The notes below the pieces were generated by a model. It was not told the DNA's origin. It made no database searches and saw only the letters and a list, made by a program, of their open reading frames with translations. A program made the translations under genes and the position numbers. Positions 8,490 through 15,734 of a DNA stretch of 64,000 nt are shown one piece after another. Source of the DNA: a bacterium (lineage in GTDB: Bacteria > UBA8248 > JACPRG01 > G963555815); contig OZ244653.1 of the NCBI GenBank assembly GCA_965218795.1, forward strand, positions 3,264,001-3,328,000, read 5' to 3'. How positions within the stretch are numbered: the first letter of the stretch is position 1; each line of letters begins with the position of its first letter.

Positions 8490-9617
8490 TTGAAATTATA
8501 TTGGCATCGAGCGCCGGCTGAAATTCTTTACGGGTTCGGGTCCGCCGAATATCTCAAGGGAGTCCGGCGCAAGCGGACGGCTCTGATTTTTGATCACGCC
8601 TTGCTGCCCTTCGGGCCGGTTGGACAGATCATCGATTGGCTCCAGGCCAATCAGGCTCCGCTTCTGCAATGGAAGGTTCAGATTCGCCCCGGGGAGCCTT
8701 GCGCTGAATCCGCGAACGATACCGGAAGTCGTCTTCGAAATTTCGAGCCCGACCTGGTGGTCGCCGTCGGGGGCGGCTCCACCATTGAGCTCGCGAAGGC
8801 GGCCTGGGCCCTCTATGAGCACCCTCGACTGGAATCGGCGGAACTCCTCGTCAGCCCCGCGCTGCCGTCCCTCCGCAAGCGGGCGCGTCTGATGGCCCTG
8901 CCGACGACATTCGGATCCGGCGCGGAGGTAAGCCCGACGCTGGGCCTTTACCAGGGCGGGAGGTTCCGGGAGCTGCGCGTCCCATCGCTGATCCCCGACC
9001 GGGCCATTCTCGATCCGAATCTACTGGCGGGGCTTCCGGTCCGAGTTGCCGCAGAAACCGGCTTCGACGCCATTTCCCACGCCGTCGAGGCATACTTCTC
9101 AACGATACCCGCCCATCTTTCAGACGTACAATCCATCTCAGCCCTTTCCACACTGCTGGACAGGCTGGAATCCGCAGTCCTGGATTCTGAGGCTCGGTCG
9201 GCGAGAGAGTCTATTCTATACGCCTCTTCCATGGCCGGCGTCGCCGGCGGAAACAAACGGCTGGGACTCGCCCATGCGCTGGCCGACGCCTTAGAGGCAA
9301 ACCATGGCCTTCGACACGGGGAGGCCTTGGCCTTCGTTCTTCCACAAGTCATCCTCCACAATGCGAGCCGTGCGCCTGAAAAGGCCGAATCGCTGGCCCG
9401 GGCGTTGAATTCGACCACTATCGATCAGATATTCGAGCGAATGATGAACCTCCGGCACACGTTGGATCTCGAACCCGACGGAACAATGAAGTTCAAGGAG
9501 GATTCAAACGATATTGCCCGGGACGTTCTGGCCTGCCGTCACCTGGATACGAATCCCGGGACGGTTTCCGAAGCCGTGATTGAACGTATTTTGAAAAACG
9601 CTTTCGATTCGTATTGA
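8490..9617 (+). CDS. Iron-containing alcohol dehydrogenase family protein
   Basis: VGGGST..LAKA, PTTFGSGAEVS, AILDP, FDAISHAVEAY and GLAHALA...HG motifs. Confidence 0.85.
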   Translation: MKLYWHRAPAEILYGFGSAEYLKGVRRKRTALIFDHALLPFGPVGQIIDWLQANQAPLLQWKVQIRPGEPCAESANDTGSRLRNFEPDLVVAVGGGSTIELAKAAWALYEHPRLESAELLVSPALPSLRKRARLMALPTTFGSGAEVSPTLGLYQGGRFRELRVPSLIPDRAILDPNLLAGLPVRVAAETGFDAISHAVEAYFSTIPAHLSDVQSISALSTLLDRLESAVLDSEARSARESILYASSMAGVAGGNKRLGLAHALADALEANHGLRHGEALAFVLPQVILHNASRAPEKAESLARALNSTTIDQIFERMMNLRHTLDLEPDGTMKFKEDSNDIARDVLACRHLDTNPGTVSEAVIERILKNAFDSY

Positions 9618-9683
9618 AATCAGGGAAAGCCCTATCCGAGAATGAGAGGAAGGGATTTCTGACTCAGAAATGGAGTTGGCGCA

Positions 9684-10118
9684 TTGATTCATATCATGGA
9701 GATGCGGGTCCCGTGGCATGACACGGATAGCGCGAATATTGTCCACCATGCGAATTATTTTCATTGGATGGAACAGGCGGAGATTGAGCTGTTTCGGAAA
9801 TCAGGAAAATCCAGGAAACAAATCTGTGAGGAGACCGGAGTCCATCTTCTCCGTTTGAGCGTCAAATGCGATCACTACGCCCCGGTCTACGATGACGATA
9901 TCCTGGAGATTCGATCGCAGGTCTTGAATCTGAAGGAAAAGACATTCGTTCTGCGGCACGGGGTTCACCGAATGACGGACGACAAGCAGGTCGCAACTGG
10001 CGAGCTCGTCATTTGCTGCGCCAAATCGGGAGAGGACGGCACGGCCAAGTCCCATCCCTTGCCTGAAATCATCGTGAATGAGCTGAAGAAATATCTGGCC
10101 GATGAAGATTCTGCCTGA
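9684..10118 (+). CDS. Acyl-CoA thioesterase (YbgC/4HBT hotdog family)
   Basis: RVPWHDTDSANIVHHANYFHWME motif. Confidence 0.85.
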   Translation: MIHIMEMRVPWHDTDSANIVHHANYFHWMEQAEIELFRKSGKSRKQICEETGVHLLRLSVKCDHYAPVYDDDILEIRSQVLNLKEKTFVLRHGVHRMTDDKQVATGELVICCAKSGEDGTAKSHPLPEIIVNELKKYLADEDSA

Positions 10119-10242
10119 CGAGGAAACCGGCCCGATGAAGACGGCCGCCGCGCCTGCAAAAAAAGAACGGCGCAGGGCTCCAGCCCCCATGGCGGCTGTT
10201 TCACCGCTTGGAGCCGCCCGCCCTACGCCGGTCACCCCGCTT

Positions 10243-10274
10243 CGAATCGCCTGAGGCGAAACTCAGCCGATTCG
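10243..10274. terminator. Hairpin between the convergent thioesterase and coxS-like genes
   Basis: CGAATCG-C-CTGAG-GCGAAA-CTCAG-C-CGATTCG inverted repeat; no clear U-tract. Confidence 0.35.
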
Positions 10275-10278
10275 GTCC

Positions 10279-10752
10279 CTATTCTTTTCCATCCGCGACG
10301 GCCTGGACAGCCTCGATGATTTTGACGTATCCGGTGCAGCGACAGAGGTTGCCCGCCAGGTAGTGCTTGATCTCATCCTCGCTGGGGTGGGGGTTCTCCT
10401 CCAGCAACTGAATCGAGGCCATGATCATCCCCGGCGTGCAGTACCCGCACTGGATCGCCCAGCGCTTGATGAAGCTCTCCTGCATCGGGTGCAGTCCCCC
10501 GTCCGGTCCCTTCACCCCCTCGATCGTCTCCACCGGCTTGTCCTTCACCCGAACCGCCAGCGTCAAGCAACCGCTCACCAACTCACCGTCCACCTTCACC
10601 GTGCACGTCCCGCACACACCCATGTCGCAGCCCTTCTTCGCACCCGTCAGATGAAGGTCCTCGCGAAGGGTGTCCAGCAGGCTCTTCTTCGGCTCGATGG
10701 CCGCCTCGCGCTCCTCGCCGTTCACATGCAACGTCACCAACCGCTTCGCCAT
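10279..10752 (-). CDS. Xanthine dehydrogenase/CO dehydrogenase family small (2Fe-2S) subunit (CoxS-like)
   Basis: GCDMGVCGTCTV, QCGYCTPG and GNLCRCTGY motifs. Confidence 0.93.
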   Translation of the reverse strand: MAKRLVTLHVNGEEREAAIEPKKSLLDTLREDLHLTGAKKGCDMGVCGTCTVKVDGELVSGCLTLAVRVKDKPVETIEGVKGPDGGLHPMQESFIKRWAIQCGYCTPGMIMASIQLLEENPHPSEDEIKHYLAGNLCRCTGYVKIIEAVQAVADGKE

Positions 10753-10773
10753 CGCCTCGTCCCTTTTCCCCGC

Positions 10774-11646
10774 TCAGTGAGAACCGTTCCCCGAAAGCGC
10801 CGCCTGCAACGTGCGACGCAAGAACACCCCCACCATCGCTCGCTTGTACTCCGCCGAACCACGAATGTCGCTGATCGGCTCCACCGAACCCTTCGCCAGC
10901 TCACCCGCCTCGGAAAGCACCGATTCACTCAACTCCTTGCCCCGCAAATACGACTCCGCCTCGCTCAGCCGCTGCGGCGTCGCCACCGCCGCGCCCACCG
11001 ACAGACGGACATCCTTGCACGTCCGACCGTCCGACTCCGTCAACACCGCAGCGCCCACCGACAGCGCCGGCTTGTCCTCCTTCGAGCGCGTCGTGAACTT
11101 GGTGTAGGACGTCCGCCAGCCCGGCCCCAGACGCGGCACACGTATCTCCGTCAACAACTCGTCCGCCTCCACGCACGTCTCGTAGTAGTCGGTGAAAAAA
11201 TCGTTGATCGATACCCGACGCTCACCGCCCTTCTTCTTCAACACCAACTCCGCCTCCATCGCCATCAGCGCCGCAGGAGGGTCCGCCGCAGGCTCGGCAA
11301 AACACAGGTTCCCGCCAATCGTCCCCTGGTTGCGAATCCGTATCGTCCCCACCCGGTGAAACGCCTCCGACAACAACGGGTAGCCCGACGCCACCGCCGC
11401 GTCGTTCTCGATCACTCGGTGAGGCGTCAAGGCCCCGATCGACAGCGCCTCCCCCTCCTCACGAACGTAACGCAACCCGGACAACTCACCAATGTCGATC
11501 AGGTAGGCAGGAGAAAAGAGCCGCTGCTTCAGCACGATCAACAACGCCACCCCGCCGGCAATCAGCTTGCCGTCATCGGCGTGCTCGCTCAGCGCGTCCA
11601 GCGCCTCCGACTCGCTCGTGCAACTCAATAACTCAAAATTCCGCAT
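10774..11646 (-). CDS. Xanthine dehydrogenase family FAD-binding medium subunit (CoxM-like)
   Basis: IAGGVAL, IRNQGTIGGNLCFAEPAAD and DIRGSAEYKR motifs. Confidence 0.92.
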   Translation of the reverse strand: MRNFELLSCTSESEALDALSEHADDGKLIAGGVALLIVLKQRLFSPAYLIDIGELSGLRYVREEGEALSIGALTPHRVIENDAAVASGYPLLSEAFHRVGTIRIRNQGTIGGNLCFAEPAADPPAALMAMEAELVLKKKGGERRVSINDFFTDYYETCVEADELLTEIRVPRLGPGWRTSYTKFTTRSKEDKPALSVGAAVLTESDGRTCKDVRLSVGAAVATPQRLSEAESYLRGKELSESVLSEAGELAKGSVEPISDIRGSAEYKRAMVGVFLRRTLQAALSGNGSH

Positions 11647-11975
11647 GATGTCGCCTCTTTGGTGAATGGGTCGCCCTTAGGACACGTCGAACATGGAAAA
11701 TTCGATGGCAATGCTGATTCGATAGAGGAGCGTCCCGATCGGACTCCGAAGCGGGAGCCCGCCGGATCCTATCATCGCGGGCAGCGGCCGAACAGTTTTC
11801 AGGCAGGAAGAGATATCCCATAGGGCAAGGGCGGTCTCATGGACCGGGCGTCAAGGGTTCTCGAATGTCCCGTTCCCAGCCGATTTCAATGCGTCGGGAC
11901 CGGATGAAATATTTGGACATTCTACAATGGAATCCCTAACAAGATCAATCGATGAATTTGGAGGAAAGATAGGCG

Positions 11976-11984
11976 TGCTATTAT
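11976..11984 (+). promoter_or_regulatory. Candidate extended -10 promoter
   Basis: TGcTATTAT just upstream of the structured region at 12006-12134. Confidence 0.35.
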
Positions 11985-12005
11985 CCACTTTGGAGAGGAT
12001 GCGGA

Positions 12006-12134
12006 GCGGCCCTGTGTCGGGTCGCCCGCCGAATACAAGACCGTTCCTTCCGGATGGGAATAGGCGGAACCCACCTGCCATCCGTGCGTTGTTTGGCGAC
12101 CGGTCCCGGCATGGGTCCGTGGGCGGTCGGTTTT
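12006..12134 (+). ncRNA. Candidate structured RNA (rod with central bubble; family unknown, some 6S-like motifs)
   Basis: Hand-found pairings 12010-12020/12106-12115, 12021-12026/12095-12100 and 12051-12057/12078-12084; ends in a hairpin plus TTTT. Confidence 0.4.
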
Positions 12135-12156
12135 CGCTCTTTGAGGGGGTGGAGAC

Positions 12157-12630
12157 ATGAAGAAGCTTCTTTAGTCTGGCGATGGTTTTTCTGATCGTCC
12201 TCATGGGCGGCCGAGCCTTTGCGGAGGGAGGTGAAGTCTCAAAGTGCTTCAGGTGGTGGACGGAGACACGATGTGGGTAACGTGCAAAGGAAAGGAGATT
12301 CAGATCCGCCTTCTCCGCATCAACGCGCCAGAGCGCGGGTGTCCTGGATCTTCCCAAGCCGCAGAGGCGCTGGAACGATTGGCCCCATTGGACTCGAAAG
12401 TGAGGCTGGAATTTGAGGGAAGACGGAAAGGCAAACGCGAACGGCTTCTGGCCTACGTCTGGCGGGACGGTCTGATGATCAATGCCGAGCTTGTTCGCCT
12501 CGGTTGGGCTTGCTTCAGGTTCAAGTATGGATTCGGGAAATATGCTGAGCGATTCAGGAGCGCCGAGAGCGAAGCGCGATCCAATAACAGGGGGTTGTCT
12601 CCCTATTCTGGCCTGGCTGCCAATAAGTGA
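12157..12630 (+). pseudogene. Thermonuclease (SNase) family protein, degraded
   Basis: VVDGDT, IRLLRINAPE, RLLAYVW and NAELVRLG motifs. ATG 12157 (SD GGAG) is in frame with the domain but meets TAG and TGA; the signal-peptide-like stretch sits in the +1 frame. Confidence 0.7.
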
Positions 12631-12821
12631 GACCCGAGGCACGGCCTTGCCCTTCAGTCGTCCAGGAGAAGCCCGATGTTGGTGTTGAGCTTCGGAAGAG
12701 CGCGGTTCATGCTCCGTATGAAGCTATCCAAACTTCCACTACAGGGAGGTACGCCGAAACTTCACCTGGATGATGAAAACCCACTGCCGCCCAGAAATCC
12801 AAGATTCCGCTCTTGAAAAGG

Positions 12822-13688
12822 CTATACGAGAAGGATGCTCAAAGCTCCCCCGACAACCAGCACGCCTCCCGCCAAGACCCGCCAGGTCACCCTTTCCTTT
12901 TCCTTCGATTGCAGGAAAAAGTACCCGAGAAGCACGGAAAAAAACGGAAAAATGCTCATCAGCGGCGTCACATGGCTGACCATCTCACCCTGCAAAGCCA
13001 AAAAGAACGACAGATAAGCCAGGGTCGCGAAAACCCCGCCCAAAACAAAAAACGTAAGGCTCCTGCGAGTCAGGATGAAATTTTTCCTGTTTCTCGAGAG
13101 CAGGTACGGAAGGTTGACGAAAACGGCGGCGGCTGTGGCCGCAACGGCGGCTCCGGCCACCGGGGCCGGAACCATCTGAAGGCCCACCTTGACCGAAACG
13201 TCGCGGAGGGCAAAAAACAATGCCGCGCCCAGAGGGAAGAGAATCGCCCACCCGCTCCAGCGCGCCTCGATGTCCCGCCTGTAACTCAATACACTGATAC
13301 CGACGACGATGAGGAACGTGCCCATGACGGCCTGGAGGGAAGGCTGCTCTCCGACAACGAGGACCGCGACGAGGACGGCAAATAGCGGCATGGAAGCGGC
13401 AATCACGTCCGAGCGGGCCAATCCCAGATATTGATATCCATGAAACAGGAGGGATCGGGCCAATCCCGGAGAAAAAATTCCCGCAAGAAGAAACGGCCAA
13501 ATTTGAACCGAAAGGACGGGACGGATGGAGGAGGTGAAAGCCGCAAGTATCCACAGGCCGAGGGCATTCATCGCCACATTGAATGCAACCGCAGTCGACG
13601 GGTTCGATTCCTCCATACCCATTCGCGCGAAAAAGTTGTTCACCGCAAAAGCGAATCCGGCCGCCAGGGCGAGAAATAGCGAATCCAT
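12822..13688 (-). CDS. EamA/DMT family transporter
   Basis: About 10 hydrophobic helices in two repeats; PLFAVLVAVLVVGEQ and PFFSVLLGYFFL motifs. Confidence 0.88.
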   Translation of the reverse strand: MDSLFLALAAGFAFAVNNFFARMGMEESNPSTAVAFNVAMNALGLWILAAFTSSIRPVLSVQIWPFLLAGIFSPGLARSLLFHGYQYLGLARSDVIAASMPLFAVLVAVLVVGEQPSLQAVMGTFLIVVGISVLSYRRDIEARWSGWAILFPLGAALFFALRDVSVKVGLQMVPAPVAGAAVAATAAAVFVNLPYLLSRNRKNFILTRRSLTFFVLGGVFATLAYLSFFLALQGEMVSHVTPLMSIFPFFSVLLGYFFLQSKEKERVTWRVLAGGVLVVGGALSILLV

Positions 13689-13774
13689 ACGTTAATTTCT
13701 CATCCGTCCCGGCCGCACAAAGGGCCGAGCGATTTTTCGAGCTTTCCGTAAGACACCCTATCCGGTTCTCCCGC

Positions 13775-14707
13775 TCATGCTCGTCCAAGCACGATAGCCG
13801 TCGCGCCGAGCATCACCAGCAACCCACCCGTTACGACCCGAGGCGTGATATGTTCCGTCGCCTGTAAGAACCAGTAGCTCAGCAGGAGAGAGAATAAAGG
13901 ATGCGTGCCGAGCAATGGCGAGACCAGGCTGACCGTGCTCGTCCGCAGGGCGTTGAATACGAAAATATATCCCACAGTCACTAAGAGACCCGCCAAAACG
14001 AAAAAGAAGATACTCTTGCGCGGTCCTTTCAACGGCTCTTTCTCAGAGCGAACAGTCTGCAGGACGAACACCGTCCCCATGGCCACCGTCGCCATGATGG
14101 CCGCTCCGCCGAGGGGGTTATCGACCCGGTTCAGTCCCAATTTCGAGAAAACTTCACGGAAGGAAAAAAACAGCGCAGCCCCCAAGGGAAGCAAAACAGC
14201 CCATTTCTTCCAAACCTTGGCGTAATCGGGCCGGTACAACAGAAACCAGGCTCCGCCGATGATCGCCAGGGTTCCCAAAAGCATGATGATCGTTGGACGC
14301 TCGCTCAAGAACGACATGGCCATCAATACCGCGAACAGCGGATGAGACCCGACGATGACGTCGGTGCGGGCCAAGCCCATATGCTGGTACCCCTCGTACA
14401 TCAGAGCCCGGGCCAGTCCCGGGGCGAACAGCCCCCCGACCACGAACGGCCATACGCCCCAAGTCGCAATCGATTGCATGGACGAAAAAAGCGCCGCCAG
14501 GATCCACAATCCCAGCGAGTTGACGATCAGGTTGATCGTGACGGCGGTGGTGGGATTGGATTCATTCATCCCGAGCTTGACGAACAAGTGAGACAAGGCA
14601 AAACAAAGAGCGCCCAGGACAGGAAACGCCGTGGCGACAAGCAAGGCCGCAATTCTCCAATGGGTTTCGGATTGGGAAGCGGTTTCTCTTCGGTCGTGAT
14701 CCGTCAA
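13775..14707 (-). CDS. EamA/DMT family transporter (tandem paralogue)
   Basis: Same architecture; shares GM.ESNP.TAV and F.PGLAR.L with its neighbour. Start uncertain. Confidence 0.88.
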   Translation of the reverse strand: MTDHDRRETASQSETHWRIAALLVATAFPVLGALCFALSHLFVKLGMNESNPTTAVTINLIVNSLGLWILAALFSSMQSIATWGVWPFVVGGLFAPGLARALMYEGYQHMGLARTDVIVGSHPLFAVLMAMSFLSERPTIIMLLGTLAIIGGAWFLLYRPDYAKVWKKWAVLLPLGAALFFSFREVFSKLGLNRVDNPLGGAAIMATVAMGTVFVLQTVRSEKEPLKGPRKSIFFFVLAGLLVTVGYIFVFNALRTSTVSLVSPLLGTHPLFSLLLSYWFLQATEHITPRVVTGGLLVMLGATAIVLGRA

Positions 14708-14800
14708 GAGGTTGAGAAAAGCGTTTCATCCTAACACAAGGGGACAGACCCGGGCGCATTTCGCCAGGAGGACGCCCCAAGCCATGAGGACCCCGAGAAG

Positions 14801-14809
14801 TGTTAGAAT
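14801..14809 (+). promoter_or_regulatory. Candidate extended -10 promoter of the lut operon
   Basis: TGtTAGAAT, 68 bp upstream of the lutA ATG. Confidence 0.35.
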
Positions 14810-14876
14810 GTACCGTTCGGAAAATGCGGTTGGACGTACCCGCCTTTCGATTGCAAAGGACAGTGCGGAGGAACCG

Positions 14877-15734
14877 ATGGAGCCCGACTCCGGCTCGGCG
14901 CCGGGACGCGTATCCCTGTTAGTCACTTGCCTCGTCGACCAGTTCTTCCCCGAGGTCGGGGAAGCCGTCGTGCGGGCGCTCCGCGGCTACGGCGTGGGGG
15001 TCGACTGCCCCGCCGGGCAGACATGCTGCGGTCTGCCCCATTACAATAACGGGTTTCCCGATGAAGCGCGCCGCCTGGCGTTGCGGAATCTCGATCTGTT
15101 CACAGGGAATTCCCCCGTCGTAGTTCCCTCGGGCTCCTGCGGCTGGATGTGCAAGTGCGTCTACCCCTCACTCTTCGAAGACGATCCATGGACTCGGCCG
15201 AGGGCAATCCAGTTCAGTGAGCGGGTGAGCGAGCTGTCCGCTTTCCTGACGGATCACCCGGCCGCGGAAACGGCCGGCCCCGGGGGCGGAAGCCCTCCAG
15301 GGAAAGTCGCTTACCATCACTCCTGCCACGCCCTTCGAGGCCTTGGCCTCCGCGATGAACCCAAGGACTTACTCTCGCGGGTTCCCGGATGCGAGCTTGT
15401 GGACCTTCCGGGCGAGGACCGGTGCTGCGGGTTCGGAGGGAGTTTCGCTGTGAAGTTCGACGACGTCTCGGCGGCCATTCTCAGGGAAAAACTCGAGGCC
15501 GCCCGGAGCTCCGGCGCGGACGTCCTGGTCACCGCAGACGCGGGATGTCTCATGCAGCTCCGGGGAGGGGCGGGAAAATGGCTGGAATTGGGCCTGGCCG
15601 GGCCCTCGCCCCGCTGCCTTCATCTGGCGGAAATCCTGGCTCCCCCCGCCGAGTCCCCACGCGATGAACCCCCACCCTCGCAGGAGCAAACGGGATCGAG
15701 CCCTTCTGAAGGAAATTCAACCGATGCCCCATAA
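14877..15734 (+). CDS. lutA: L-lactate utilization protein A (CCG-domain Fe-S oxidoreductase)
   Basis: TCLVDQFFPEVG, QTCCG, PSGSC, YHHSCH, CCGFGG.F.VK and DAGCLMQ motifs; SD GGAGG before ATG 14877. Confidence 0.88.
   Translation: MEPDSGSAPGRVSLLVTCLVDQFFPEVGEAVVRALRGYGVGVDCPAGQTCCGLPHYNNGFPDEARRLALRNLDLFTGNSPVVVPSGSCGWMCKCVYPSLFEDDPWTRPRAIQFSERVSELSAFLTDHPAAETAGPGGGSPPGKVAYHHSCHALRGLGLRDEPKDLLSRVPGCELVDLPGEDRCCGFGGSFAVKFDDVSAAILREKLEAARSSGADVLVTADAGCLMQLRGGAGKWLELGLAGPSPRCLHLAEILAPPAESPRDEPPPSQEQTGSSPSEGNSTDAP

Noticed and set aside
11647-11760. Possible Moco riboswitch upstream of coxM (CCTAAG, CTCCCG)
   Set aside because: The elements are in the wrong order and the GGAAAC/GGAAAGGAG parts are absent.
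12035-12060. TCCGGAAGGAA on the minus strand, resembling SRP RNA helix 8
   Set aside because: The flanking CAGG and GCAGC of the SRP motif are missing.
11851-12642. 263-aa minus-strand ORF
   Set aside because: It overlaps the thermonuclease remnant and the structured region and has no recognisable motif.
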